64,000 bases of DNA from Candidatus Shapirobacteria bacterium (GCA_030698565.1 JAUYJS010000005.1:90497-154496); one strand, 5' to 3'; counted from the stretch's first letter, positions 1 through 10,565 are shown. Numbers and translations: made by a program. Notes: generated by a model not told the origin, from the sequence alone.

Positions 1-276
1 TTGCTGGATAAAAAAGGTGGTGCGAAGCTCTTCTGTGGTAACTTTTCCCTTTTTTTGGATAAGAGCACCAGCCAGACCTATGTCTGAAAAATACCCTAAA
101 ATGCCTATTGATTCAGCAACAATCGCGAAAAGTCCAACCTCAGCCCTACCAAGTAAAAGCGTCAAAAGAAAGAAACCTAAAAACGAAACACCCTGAATGC
201 CAAAATTTCTTAAAGTTAAAAACAGAAGATTGTGAGTGGTTTTCTTTTTTATTTCTTGTAAATCGATTTGATCCAT
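1..276 (-). CDS. Oligosaccharide flippase (Wzx/PST family), N-terminal part; runs off the window
   Basis: Manual translation MDQIDLQEIKKKTTHNLLFLTLRNFGIQG...FSDIGLAGALIQKK, typical of the PST flippase N-terminus; lies at the end of a GT cluster. Confidence 0.8.
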   Translation of the reverse strand, partial: MDQIDLQEIKKKTTHNLLFLTLRNFGIQGVSFLGFFLLTLLLGRAEVGLFAIVAESIGILGYFSDIGLAGALIQKKGKVTTEELRTTFFIQQ

Positions 277-1988
277 AAGCCTCTAGAAATATAAATTAAA
301 ACAAAAACCCAAGTGGCAAGTGATAAGTAATTCGAGATAGTTCTAACAGGTGTATTATGGAGCTTTACATAAATTTGATGATCTCCAGTCTTTAGGCTTA
401 ATACAATTCTACCCAATTCGGGTTCGATAGAATAAGTTATAAGTTGGCCATTGTCGTAAACCATGAAATTAGGAAATGCTAATTGAGAAATAAAAACTTG
501 GCTGTCTTTATTTAAAGATAAATTAAAGAACATCCAGTCGGTTCCCTTTTTTTGGCCCCAAATTGAAGTAATAGTGTCCTCTGGTTCGGTTTTGTCGATA
601 TAATCCTTGGCTGGGTAAGAGGCTGCTTTTTGAGCGGTTTTAGGTAAATAATCATAAATACCTGAAGTAATTTGATTCCTCCAAGCTAATCCAGAAAATT
701 TTTGTTCATCGGATAATGGACCAGATTGGAGTGGACGAAAATAAATTGTATTTAGGACAACAACAGAGATAATTAACAAAATAGAAACAAATATTGAAAC
801 TTTGTTTTTAAATAATTTGTGGATAATATAGGGAAAAATTCCAGCCGATAAAGATAATAAGAAAGAAGCGTGGCTTAGGAATCTCCATGGAAATTGAATT
901 TTTTGAACCAATGGAATGGCATTCCAAATAAAAGTAGATTTGTTATGGGTCATAAAGACGGAAAACATACCAAGAAAGAAAATCATCACAGGTAAGGTTA
1001 ACTTGCGGTCTATTTTTTTATTCTTTATTGAATTTAAAATGAAATAGAAAAAGATTATTAAAGGAATTAGCCAATGTAGAAATCCAATGGAATAGGACAT
1101 GCCATCGTAGGGACCCCAGACGGATGGTCCGTCTCCCCAAAAACTGCTTAAAAATAGTTGAGAAACAGAGATAAAATGAACGGAAAAATAGTAGTAATTA
1201 GTAAACATGGACTCGATTTGGACGAATTTACTTTCTAATAAAACGGGAAGAGTAAAAAAGGCAGATAGAAATACAGCTAAAATACCAGAAAATAAGAGTT
1301 TTGAGTAAATATTTTTATTTTTTAGCAGATTCAAAATATTTTTAAATCCATATGTGTCAGCAAGCCAATAAGTGCACCAAATTAAAAAGAAAGGAGCAAA
1401 GGTTAGAGCCATGGGGTTGTGAGAAAGTAATAATCCTGTCCAAGATAATGAGAGTCCAATTATAAATCTAAATTCTTTGGTTTTGATTAATTTATATGCA
1501 AAATAAAATATTAAGGGGAAGAAAACGGATGCCCAGGCCTCGTTCATGGCTCCCCTAATATAAATATTTACAGCATGATAAGGACTTAATGTGTAAAAAA
1601 GGGCTGAGATAAGTCCCCCTAAATTGCCAAAAATGGCAGAAGCCAATATAAACATAAAAATGGCGGATAGAACAATTTGAACTAAGGCCGTAATTTTTAT
1701 GGTAGTGACAAAAGAAACGCCAGTGATTCTAATCACTTCTCCAACAAAGTACGGAAGTGGTGGATAAAAATTAAATAAAGGGTAGCCATAACCAAAACCA
1801 AGGTCTGGAGTCCAGCGGCAGGGTATTTGTCCGTCTAAAAGACATTTTTCCATCTCGAGTTGACGAACCATCTGCATATCATCGTGCATGTTGAAATAAT
1901 CATGGTTTAGAAAAAAAACAAAAGTTGGAGCAATTATTAGAATTAATAAAATAATCCAAAGTAGTTTGCTTTTCAAAAAGGAAATCAT
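249..1988 (-). CDS. GT-C fold membrane glycosyltransferase (PTPS-related/YfhO-like membrane protein)
   Basis: Polytopic membrane protein with HDD, GYGYPLFNFYPPL and QFPWRFL motifs. Confidence 0.75.
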   Translation of the reverse strand: MISFLKSKLLWIILLILIIAPTFVFFLNHDYFNMHDDMQMVRQLEMEKCLLDGQIPCRWTPDLGFGYGYPLFNFYPPLPYFVGEVIRITGVSFVTTIKITALVQIVLSAIFMFILASAIFGNLGGLISALFYTLSPYHAVNIYIRGAMNEAWASVFFPLIFYFAYKLIKTKEFRFIIGLSLSWTGLLLSHNPMALTFAPFFLIWCTYWLADTYGFKNILNLLKNKNIYSKLLFSGILAVFLSAFFTLPVLLESKFVQIESMFTNYYYFSVHFISVSQLFLSSFWGDGPSVWGPYDGMSYSIGFLHWLIPLIIFFYFILNSIKNKKIDRKLTLPVMIFFLGMFSVFMTHNKSTFIWNAIPLVQKIQFPWRFLSHASFLLSLSAGIFPYIIHKLFKNKVSIFVSILLIISVVVLNTIYFRPLQSGPLSDEQKFSGLAWRNQITSGIYDYLPKTAQKAASYPAKDYIDKTEPEDTITSIWGQKKGTDWMFFNLSLNKDSQVFISQLAFPNFMVYDNGQLITYSIEPELGRIVLSLKTGDHQIYVKLHNTPVRTISNYLSLATWVFVLIYISRGLWIKSIYKK

Positions 1989-1992
1989 TGTT

Positions 1993-3540
1993 TTATTTTA
2001 GCTGAAGAAGAAGTAATTTGTCGTTTAATGGTTTAGGATACTCGGCGATTAAATTCAATTTTCTAAATTCGACGTCTGTGAGTAATAAACGAGATTTATT
2101 CATTAAAATATAAACATCGTCACCATGCTGCCGAGCATCTATTAATTTATAAGGTATCTGTTTAAAATCTAGACCAACTCCAAATACTGTCAAATGGTCT
2201 ATTTGGTTGGTGTAAATCTGTAATCCGTCGGGCAGGGTACCAAAAGCGCCTTCAGTGCCAACAATTACATTGGCTGTTTGTGATTTTTGAATTAAATATT
2301 GACTGGCCTCTTTTATTCCCCATCCAGAAGTCCAGTCGGAGGTATACCCTGTTTCTGTAGACGGCAATTTTACTAAAAATGGATTAGTGGAAATTTTATA
2401 TATCCAAATGAAATTAAATGATGATATAAAAAGAAGAAAAAATATATAAAATAAATAATTTTTAAAGAACTTTTTTAGAGAAAACAATCCAAAGGAAATC
2501 AAAATTATAAGTGATGGTATGGTGTAAAGTATGTATCTGGCAGTAAAAACTTTTGCCATAGCAGCGTTGCTTAAGATAGGCAAAAAACACCAGAAAAAGA
2601 CAATTAAAAGAGATATATAATTTTTATGTTTATTATTGAAAATGTATACAATAAAACCAAATATTGCAGAAATCAAAATTGGAAGACTAATATACGCAAA
2701 ATATATTTGAAAAGTGTCTTTTAGGTGGGGTGTGAGGGGGTCTAGGGGATGTTTGATTATTTCAGATAGTGACCAAATATAATCTTTATTGCGAATAGCG
2801 ATCATGTGAAATTGAGGGCCAAGTCTTAAAATATTGTAAATGGCAAAGGCCAAAAGGGCGGAAATAGTTGGATAAAGTAAAAACTTGTAATTTATTTTTT
2901 TGATATTGATAAGAAAAAAGGTTAGATAAGAAAGTGCTATGAAATAAATTGCTGGGGATTTTGTTAACCAAGAAATTCCCAATATTCCACCTAAAACAAG
3001 AGAAATATCTAGTCTGGGAAAGTATGCGAGAAGGACAGAAAAAAACAAAGAAAGAATGCTAAAAAAAGAAAGAAGGTTGTCGGGAAGCGACATCCTGTCG
3101 AAAAAGAATGTGAATGGAAAAGAAAGATATAAAAAACAATTTAAAAATCCAAAATGATAATTTTTATATATGTTTTCTTGGATAAACAGAAGAGGATTTT
3201 TGTTCTTTTTTTCTGTCGGAAACAAAATAACAGAGAGAAAAAATATGCCAACAAGTGATCCAAAACCTGCAAAAACAGAAACCATTCTGCCGGCAATTAG
3301 TGGATCGTTGAAGAATTGAAAAATACCAGCAGTTAGCCACATGAAAAGAGGTTGTTTGCCGTCGGTTTGAGGGATAAATCTAAGTGTTTCAATGTTTTTA
3401 ATTATTTGTGACCAGCGAATATAAATAGCTTCATCTCCAAACACCGGTACGGAAGTCAGGTTTTGCAAACGAGAGAAGAAATATATAAAAATAAATAGTA
3501 ATGAAAGTAAACCAATTATCAGGTTCTTATTCTTGGTCAT
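1993..3540 (-). CDS. GT-C (ArnT/PMT-like, GT39/83) glycosyltransferase
   Basis: PVFGDEAIY and DGKQPLFMW motifs, many TM segments. Confidence 0.75.
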   Translation of the reverse strand: MTKNKNLIIGLLSLLFIFIYFFSRLQNLTSVPVFGDEAIYIRWSQIIKNIETLRFIPQTDGKQPLFMWLTAGIFQFFNDPLIAGRMVSVFAGFGSLVGIFFLSVILFPTEKKNKNPLLFIQENIYKNYHFGFLNCFLYLSFPFTFFFDRMSLPDNLLSFFSILSLFFSVLLAYFPRLDISLVLGGILGISWLTKSPAIYFIALSYLTFFLINIKKINYKFLLYPTISALLAFAIYNILRLGPQFHMIAIRNKDYIWSLSEIIKHPLDPLTPHLKDTFQIYFAYISLPILISAIFGFIVYIFNNKHKNYISLLIVFFWCFLPILSNAAMAKVFTARYILYTIPSLIILISFGLFSLKKFFKNYLFYIFFLLFISSFNFIWIYKISTNPFLVKLPSTETGYTSDWTSGWGIKEASQYLIQKSQTANVIVGTEGAFGTLPDGLQIYTNQIDHLTVFGVGLDFKQIPYKLIDARQHGDDVYILMNKSRLLLTDVEFRKLNLIAEYPKPLNDKLLLLQLK

Positions 3541-4291
3541 ATATACCTTTTAGGTTGTTGGTTTTAACCCGCCAAATTTCTTGAAGCATAGAAATTGATT
3601 CTTTTTTAAATCGAGAAAGGTCGTCGCCTTTGGTAGTGCTAGTATCTTCCTGGTTCCAATTAACCTGAACTTCTTTTATTTTATATCCCCATTTTTGGGC
3701 CATAAATAATAATTCAACGTCAAAAGCTGAAACGCGCCAACCTTTTTTAATTCTTTTTTCTTTAAAAAATTGAAGGTGCGGAAATATTTTTTTTGCTACA
3801 TCGGTTTTAAAAGCCTTGAAGCCGCATTGGGTGTCGACAATCTTTGGTAATAAAATTAATCTTCGGCCAAAAAGAAAGGCGTGGGACATTATTAATCTTA
3901 AAAAAGAATTGCCTTCTCTGGCTGAACCCCTGGATCCAATAACTACATCATAATCTTGATCAAAAAAAGGGAGAAGTTTGTTTAGTTCCAATAAAGGGGT
4001 TGACTGATCCATGTCTGTAAATAAAATTAAAGGGTATTTGGCTGCTTGTATCCCTCCCCACACAGCTGAGGGTTTACCTCCGTGGGGAAGTTCTAAAACT
4101 CGAAAATTCTTGTGATTATTAACAAAATCTTTTATTAAATGTAGACTACTATCGGTGGATTCATCGTTGGCTATAATTACTTCCCAGTTATATTTTTGTT
4201 TGGATAAAAAGTCATATACATCATTTAATACTCCCCTTTTTAGGTTATTTTCTTCATTGTAACAGGGGATAATGATAGAAATTTCAGTCAT
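3527..4291 (-). CDS. GT2 polyprenol-phosphate glycosyltransferase (Alg5/DPG-like)
   Basis: IIIPCYNEE, DMDQS, DTQCGFKAF and FDVELL motifs. Confidence 0.9.
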   Translation of the reverse strand: MTEISIIIPCYNEENNLKRGVLNDVYDFLSKQKYNWEVIIANDESTDSSLHLIKDFVNNHKNFRVLELPHGGKPSAVWGGIQAAKYPLILFTDMDQSTPLLELNKLLPFFDQDYDVVIGSRGSAREGNSFLRLIMSHAFLFGRRLILLPKIVDTQCGFKAFKTDVAKKIFPHLQFFKEKRIKKGWRVSAFDVELLFMAQKWGYKIKEVQVNWNQEDTSTTKGDDLSRFKKESISMLQEIWRVKTNNLKGIYDQE

Positions 4292-4327
4292 AGATTTGAT
4301 TATACAATTATTATATTTTTAAATATT

Positions 4328-5824
4328 TTATTTCTTCCCGGTTTCGTTGGCCACTAGTTTAAAAATTTTAATTCCATTAAAATCCCATTCTTGATCTATT
4401 TTTGACCAGCCAAAGGCGGCAATTTCCCATAAAGGATTATTGATAGGTTGACAATCAATTTGCCATGGTTCGCAAATTACAAAAAGTTGATCGGTTATTT
4501 TGCTGTGTAAATCGACGATCGGAGAGTTTTTTTGATAAAAGAAATAGCGGTAGGCAGCGTCGGTATTTGATTTGGCGATTAAAGCTAAATTAAATGGCTG
4601 ATTGCCGGTTTTACTGTTTATGAAATTTACTATTTCTTGAGTATTACCTATTTGCTTATTTGGAGAATATTGAAAAGGATTTTCTTTTAGAGAAAAGTAA
4701 GCAAAAGAGATTATTAAAGATAAACCAATTAATTTACCGAGTTTTGGAATTAAAGATAAAGTGTAAATTGTATAGCTGGTGAGAATAAAGACTACTGGGA
4801 AAAGGAAGCCAAAATAATGATCGTAGATATGTTGTTTATATAAACCGAGACCAATTAACCCGAGTAGATACCAAAGAGAGCAGATAATAAAGTATTTATA
4901 TGATTTATTTTTTTTGTTAATTAAAAAGGAAAATAAGATTCCTAGAACCAAAATAATGCTAGCCGTAATTCCAAAAATTATATTTTTTCCGGCAATTAAA
5001 CTGGTGTTTATTTGATTAAATAATGGGGCTAATAAGGGTATGGATTTATAGGGCTTTATATTTACGGTTGTTTGTCGTTCAGAAAAAAATTTGATGAAGG
5101 CACCTGTGTTTTGACCGTTGTGCTTGATGTCAAAAAGGATTAAGGGGGTTAATGAAACTATAAATAAAACAATGGCCCAAATTGAATATTTTATAAATTC
5201 AGGCAATTTTTTGTCTTGCTTTTTTATTAAAAAATATAAGTGAATGAGCCAGAATAATCCGGCGAGTGGTAATAAAATTAAAGCTAAAAAATGTGAATTT
5301 ATGGCAAAGACAAACGAAAGAGATGCAAAAATTAAACTTTTATATTTTCGGTCATATAAAGCATTAAAGATGAAATATGTGAATAGTAATGCAAAAAAAG
5401 GCATGATGTTGGGATTCCAAGAAAAGCTAGAGTATTTAATGGCAACAGGAGAAATAGCATAAAGAAATGATGAGATAATGGCTACTGGTTTGCTAAACCA
5501 TTTGTTGGCCACAAAATATATTAAAAAAGCGGTAGCGACACCTAAAAGGGCAATAAAAATGGCCGGTCCAACCGGATTAAAGTTGGATAATAACAAGGAA
5601 GGAGCAATTAGGTAATAATAAAATGGCCCAAGATACATGTTGCCGATACTAGTTTGAGGTCCTATAAAAAATAACTCACCGTGTTTAAGAAAATCTCTGA
5701 CAATAATTACATCTCTACCCTGATCTCCTAAAAACTCTGCATAATCATATATACGATATAGTCGTAAAAAAGCAGCTAATAGTATTATAAAAATAAGAAA
5801 ATAATTCTTCTTTAAAAATTTCAT
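4328..5824 (-). CDS. GT-C (ArnT/PMT-like) glycosyltransferase
   Basis: FLGDQGRD, GPFYYYL and WNPN motifs; polytopic. Confidence 0.75.
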   Translation of the reverse strand: MKFLKKNYFLIFIILLAAFLRLYRIYDYAEFLGDQGRDVIIVRDFLKHGELFFIGPQTSIGNMYLGPFYYYLIAPSLLLSNFNPVGPAIFIALLGVATAFLIYFVANKWFSKPVAIISSFLYAISPVAIKYSSFSWNPNIMPFFALLFTYFIFNALYDRKYKSLIFASLSFVFAINSHFLALILLPLAGLFWLIHLYFLIKKQDKKLPEFIKYSIWAIVLFIVSLTPLILFDIKHNGQNTGAFIKFFSERQTTVNIKPYKSIPLLAPLFNQINTSLIAGKNIIFGITASIILVLGILFSFLINKKNKSYKYFIICSLWYLLGLIGLGLYKQHIYDHYFGFLFPVVFILTSYTIYTLSLIPKLGKLIGLSLIISFAYFSLKENPFQYSPNKQIGNTQEIVNFINSKTGNQPFNLALIAKSNTDAAYRYFFYQKNSPIVDLHSKITDQLFVICEPWQIDCQPINNPLWEIAAFGWSKIDQEWDFNGIKIFKLVANETGKK

Positions 5825-6546
5825 CTATTAAAATTTATTTTAAAGAAAAGACCGAGAAGGTCTTTGAATCCGGCAATAATTACATTTAATTTAGCTCCAG
5901 TAGCTTCACCTTCTTGACGACTAAAATGGGTGACGCCGATTTCAACGATTTTAAATTTAAGTTTTTTGGCTTTAATAAGAAGTTCACTGGAAATGAATGG
6001 GCCCCTTTCGGCTTCAAGCCGGGGAATCGTATCTATTACCCTTTTGTTAATTAGTTTAAAAGCACAGTCAATATCTTTTACTTTTAAACCAAAAAGGACA
6101 AACACGGCTAACTGCCAGAGGTAAGATCCCCAGATTCGATAAAAAGGTACTTTTCGATTGATATAAAAGCCTATAACCATATCGGCTTTAGTTTGTTTTT
6201 GTTTATCAATAAATTTATTTATTTCAGAAAAATCAAATTGACCGTCTGAATCTGTAAAAACAATCCATTGGTATTTAGAATTATAAAAACCGCTTTTTAG
6301 AGCGGCACCATAACCTCTGTTGGGGTTGTGGGTAATAATTTTTATCTTGTCGGAGTATTTTTTTTGTAATTCTAGAGCAATATCTTTGGTTTTATCTTTT
6401 GAGCCATCGTTGACAATAATAATTTCCCATTTCTTGGCTATTTTATCGAGTATTGATATAGATTTACTTACCGTCTGAGAAATATTTTTTTCTTCGTTAT
6501 AACAAGGGAAGAATACAGATAATTCATCTATTTTTGACTCGGTCAT
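5821..6546 (-). CDS. GT2 glycosyltransferase (DPM1-like)
   Basis: FFPCYNEE, DGSKD, DSDGQ and DIDCAFKL motifs; start moved to ATG 6546 because a TATACT box lies 7 nt upstream. Confidence 0.88.
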   Translation of the reverse strand: MTESKIDELSVFFPCYNEEKNISQTVSKSISILDKIAKKWEIIIVNDGSKDKTKDIALELQKKYSDKIKIITHNPNRGYGAALKSGFYNSKYQWIVFTDSDGQFDFSEINKFIDKQKQTKADMVIGFYINRKVPFYRIWGSYLWQLAVFVLFGLKVKDIDCAFKLINKRVIDTIPRLEAERGPFISSELLIKAKKLKFKIVEIGVTHFSRQEGEATGAKLNVIIAGFKDLLGLFFKINFNR

Positions 6547-6648
6547 ACAAATTAGTATAGCAATATTGATAGGTTTGACAAGGTTATGCTCGGTGATTGA
6601 CATTATAATAATTTGTATTATAATATCCTGTAATTATATTTATTTAAC

Positions 6649-7284
6649 ATGCAGGTGGAACACAAAATTATTTCTATTGGTTTTATAACGGTCGCTATGG
6701 CAATTTTATTATTGTCACTAATGAGGCCTTTTGGTGTCCGTGCTCAATATTATCAGCCAGGTGCTGCTAGTAAATCTATTGTGGTTGATAAAAAAGTAAG
6801 AGCCGTAAACCAAACTAATTATTTTGATAATTTAACTAGTAGTCAAAAGTTATTTTTTGACAACGATTTGATTGAATTTAGTATTACTATTCAAAATGGT
6901 GGTCAAGAAACCCTTCGAAATATTGATGTCAAAGATTTTTTACCAAAAAACTTAAGGTTGATCTTTAATCCTGGCACGTTTAATGCGAATGGAAATACTG
7001 TTGAATGGAAGATTGATCAACTAAATCCAGGGGAAAGTAAAAACTATTTGATTAGAGCTAAAATTATCGGAGTTGCTAATTTAAAACTTACTTCTAATTT
7101 GCAATTAACCAATACTGCATCGGCAAACGTTGATAATATTTCAGATCAAGATAGATCAAGCTATTTTATTGGTGTTCAGACTATCCCTAAGACTGGAAAT
7201 AATGACATATTGGTTAAAACAATTTTAATTTTGAGTGTTGCTGGTGGAAGTGTTTACTTGAGAAAAGTGGCCAGAGGATATTAA
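6649..7284 (+). CDS. Secreted DUF11 (Ig-like) protein with C-terminal IPKTG sorting signal
   Basis: Signal peptide, DUF11-like VKDFLP..W.I..L.PGE, then IPKTG plus hydrophobic helix plus basic tail. Confidence 0.7.
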   Translation: MQVEHKIISIGFITVAMAILLLSLMRPFGVRAQYYQPGAASKSIVVDKKVRAVNQTNYFDNLTSSQKLFFDNDLIEFSITIQNGGQETLRNIDVKDFLPKNLRLIFNPGTFNANGNTVEWKIDQLNPGESKNYLIRAKIIGVANLKLTSNLQLTNTASANVDNISDQDRSSYFIGVQTIPKTGNNDILVKTILILSVAGGSVYLRKVARGY

Positions 7285-7286
7285 AA

Positions 7287-8492
7287 TTAATTTACCCTAA
7301 CTCTGTCAACTTTGTAGATTGCGGAAAGAGAGTACTTGGACGTAAAGGGAATATCGCGTCCGTTCTCCACATAAGGATCGTTCATAATATATTTTCCATT
7401 TTCTTTTGATTTTATTACTACAAAGTGCTCTCCATTATTCATTCTTATTCCAACGATAACTGGGTTATTAGAGTTTAATTCGGAATCGATACTCGATAAT
7501 GAGCTCCCAATTCTAGTACGAGTGATATGAATGTCATTTACACTGAATGATCCTTGTAGTAAGTAGGCGGTTCTTCCAAAAAAAGCATTGGAACTACCAG
7601 CAATATCTGAAGGTTTTATATTTTTACCATAATGAGATGCCACCATCGCTGTTGAAGTGATTAAACAGCCATATTCGGCAATAGAGTCAGATGAAAGGCC
7701 TATTGGGTAATTGCCCCATTGGGAATCTCGTTGATTATAATAACAGCCCCAGCTATTACATAAAGTTTGGTTATTTAAGAGAGAAGCGCCTCCTTGAGAT
7801 GTAATAAAGCTTCCAAAAGAAGCTAACTGTTGTTTAGCATCAGCCAACAACTGTTCATATTTTTTCTCATCATTTTTTGTTACCTCTAGAAGGTTATTTT
7901 TAGTAGCTTTTTGATTATTGAGATTGTTTTTTTGGCTAGCTAGAGTCTTTTGAAGTGTTTCTAGTTCTTGTTGTTTTTTGGTTTTTTCTTGTTTTTGAAG
8001 ATCGTAATTAGTCCGAGTGGTTTCTAAATTAATAAGACTATCTTGACTACTTTTTTGAATCATTGAAACATATTTATATTGTTGTAAGAACATATTCAGA
8101 TCTGAAGTTAAAAACAAAGAAATAAGCGGAACTCGTTTTTGAAGTTTATAGTTTTGAGTTATTTGATGGATATAAGCAGATGAAAGTTGGTTTAAATAAG
8201 AATCTAAACCGTTAATTTTGGCGGTAAGCAGGTCAATATCTTTTTCCAACGTATTTACGGAGTTTTCTGTCTGGTTTATTTTTAGAATATTTAGTTGTAT
8301 TTGAGAGTCCAATATTTTTATTTGATTAGCGAGGGTGTCTTTGGATTTTCCCAGTTCATTTAACTTTTGGGTGTATTCATTAATTTGATTTTGAATTTGA
8401 CCAGTGTCAATATTTTCGGCGACTAGAATTTTGGAGAAAATAAAAAAACTGGCTAGCAAGAGAAGTAGGGTTACGAATGATTTTTTAATCAT
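7287..8492 (-). CDS. FtsEX-associated coiled-coil protein with C-terminal C39-like peptidase domain
   Basis: Signal peptide, long coiled coil, YNQRD..W, GCLITSTAM, HFVVI and NDP motifs; immediately after ftsX. Confidence 0.75.
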   Translation of the reverse strand: MIKKSFVTLLLLLASFFIFSKILVAENIDTGQIQNQINEYTQKLNELGKSKDTLANQIKILDSQIQLNILKINQTENSVNTLEKDIDLLTAKINGLDSYLNQLSSAYIHQITQNYKLQKRVPLISLFLTSDLNMFLQQYKYVSMIQKSSQDSLINLETTRTNYDLQKQEKTKKQQELETLQKTLASQKNNLNNQKATKNNLLEVTKNDEKKYEQLLADAKQQLASFGSFITSQGGASLLNNQTLCNSWGCYYNQRDSQWGNYPIGLSSDSIAEYGCLITSTAMVASHYGKNIKPSDIAGSSNAFFGRTAYLLQGSFSVNDIHITRTRIGSSLSSIDSELNSNNPVIVGIRMNNGEHFVVIKSKENGKYIMNDPYVENGRDIPFTSKYSLSAIYKVDRVRVN

Positions 8493-8495
8493 TCC

Positions 8496-9362
8496 TTAGT
8501 ATTTAATATATCTTTTAACACCAATAAAACTAGCAAAATAACCAATGGCTGTTCCGATTAATACCTGGCTAAAAAAGACAATTAAATAGAAATTAATATC
8601 GTTGTTGATAAAAGTTATTGGTTGAAAAAAGAAATTGATTCTTTTTTGAAAATAAAAAGCCAAGGTGAAACTTAAAAATGAGCCTAAAAAGCTGCCAATA
8701 AGTCCGTAAATGACACCTTCTATTAAAAAAGGTTTTTTTACATAAAACTTAGAAGCACCTAAAAGCCGACTGATTCTAATTTCTTCTTTGCGATTGGTTA
8801 TTTTCATACCAATAATCACGAATGTAATTAAAAACGAGGTTAGTGTTGTTACAGAAACTATAGAAAGACCTGTTTTTCTGGTTATATTAGTAAAATTCAA
8901 AATAGATTTGATTATGTCTTTTTGATAAATTATTTCATCAACAATATTGGTTTTGGTAGAAAATTCTTTGTCTATTTGGTCTAAAACCTTGGGGTCAGAT
9001 ACTGAAACTTCAAATGAAGCGGGGAGGATACTGGCTGTGACCATTTCGGTTAACATGGGATTGTCTTTGTTTTGTTCTTTATAAATATTTAAGGCTTTGT
9101 CTTTGGAAATATATTTGACTTCACGAACATTGGGATATTGGGATAAATTTTGATTAATTTCATTGATGTTTTTTTGATCTAAACCGTCTTTTAAAAAAAT
9201 AGTAATTTCCGGTTTGGTTTCAAAAAAATGAAGCACTGATGATAACCCAGAACTAATGATTAGGAAGACTGAGAGGGTGAAGAAACATATTGTCATCAAG
9301 AGAACAGCTATAAAACTTTGAAATGGTGACCTCCGAATGTGGTGCCAGGTGGTATTGATCAT
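8496..9362 (-). CDS. ftsX: Cell division permease FtsX
   Basis: 4 TM segments, EIRISRLLGAS..YVKKPFLIEG; follows ftsE. Confidence 0.9.
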   Translation of the reverse strand: MINTTWHHIRRSPFQSFIAVLLMTICFFTLSVFLIISSGLSSVLHFFETKPEITIFLKDGLDQKNINEINQNLSQYPNVREVKYISKDKALNIYKEQNKDNPMLTEMVTASILPASFEVSVSDPKVLDQIDKEFSTKTNIVDEIIYQKDIIKSILNFTNITRKTGLSIVSVTTLTSFLITFVIIGMKITNRKEEIRISRLLGASKFYVKKPFLIEGVIYGLIGSFLGSFLSFTLAFYFQKRINFFFQPITFINNDINFYLIVFFSQVLIGTAIGYFASFIGVKRYIKY

Positions 9363-10054
9363 GTTTTTTCTGAATAATTATGGGTTTTTTGAGGAGTGTC
9401 GTTGACAATTGTGCCATTTTTGAGCCATATAGTTCGATTATTTAATGACTCGATTACGTCTTGGTTATGAGTCGTCATTATAATTGTAGTCTTATATTTT
9501 TCGTTAATTTCTTTGAGGAGTCTGATTAGATTCCATGAGTTTTCCACATCAAGGTTGCCTGTGGGTTCATCGGCCAAAATGAGTCCGGGTTCTACGGCCA
9601 AAGCTCTGGCTAAAGAGGTGCGTTGAAGTTCTCCACCAGATAGTTGGGAGGGAAAAAGAAAACGGCGGTTAATAAGACCGACCCTTTTTAAGACGTCGTC
9701 TATTTTTGAGATTATTTTTGCTTGAGGGTAAGTGACAATATCGAGTGCTAGGGCGATATTTTCTTCAATAGTTTTGTCGGGTATTAGTTGAAAGTCTTGA
9801 AAAATTACGCCAATTTTTTGTCTGATTTTGTCTGTTTGGTTTTTTTTGGTATCAGTTAAATTAATATCATCAATTAATATTTCACCTGAACTAGCCTTTA
9901 CTTGATTAAGAATTAATTTTAGTAGGGTTGACTTCCCAGCTCCAGAAGGACCAACAATAAAGACAAACTCGCCATTTTTAACCGTAAAATTTATGCTTTT
10001 TAGAGCACTTATCGCACCAAAACTCTTGTTGACATTATTGAACGCTATTTTCAT
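9359..10054 (-). CDS. ftsE: Cell division ATP-binding protein FtsE
   Basis: GPSGAGKST, IGVIFQDF, LSGGE and ADEPTGNLD motifs. Confidence 0.92.
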   Translation of the reverse strand: MKIAFNNVNKSFGAISALKSINFTVKNGEFVFIVGPSGAGKSTLLKLILNQVKASSGEILIDDINLTDTKKNQTDKIRQKIGVIFQDFQLIPDKTIEENIALALDIVTYPQAKIISKIDDVLKRVGLINRRFLFPSQLSGGELQRTSLARALAVEPGLILADEPTGNLDVENSWNLIRLLKEINEKYKTTIIMTTHNQDVIESLNNRTIWLKNGTIVNDTPQKTHNYSEKT

Positions 10055-10062
10055 CTTTATGT

Positions 10063-10542
10063 TTATTCGAGTCTTTTAATACTACCAATATCCATTAACC
10101 AGCCTGTTTTGGTGGAGGCATTAGTTTGACCTTTTACTTCTACTTTTAATCCAACAAATAAGTCTAAATCAACAGCTGAAGAGGTTAGTGATACTCTTTG
10201 ACTAATTCCGCCGTCTCGATTCAAAATATGTGTACCCTCGCCGTTTATATTACCTTTTTCGATTGTTCCCGAGGCAGTATCTTGAAATGCCTTGCTAGAG
10301 TCTCCGTATATTTTCCCAACTTGAACATCATCTTTGTTTTTTAAACTATCTGCAGAAGCTGCGGTGTTCTTTTCAGAATTAGTATTGGAAACAGGTGAGG
10401 TAGATTTTTGAGAAGGAAAATAGCGTGATAACCAAAAACCACTGGTTACAGCCAGGACAGCAATTATTAGAATAACAGGCAATAAAGATTTTTTTTGAGA
10501 AACTTGATTAATATTACTGGCAGATAGATTTGGTATATCCAT
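10063..10542 (-). CDS. Membrane-anchored hypothetical protein
   Basis: N-terminal TM, low-complexity linker, beta-rich C-terminal domain; co-oriented in the operon. Confidence 0.65.
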   Translation of the reverse strand: MDIPNLSASNINQVSQKKSLLPVILIIAVLAVTSGFWLSRYFPSQKSTSPVSNTNSEKNTAASADSLKNKDDVQVGKIYGDSSKAFQDTASGTIEKGNINGEGTHILNRDGGISQRVSLTSSAVDLDLFVGLKVEVKGQTNASTKTGWLMDIGSIKRLE

Positions 10543-10565
10543 ATTAAAAATTAAATTTTAATAAT

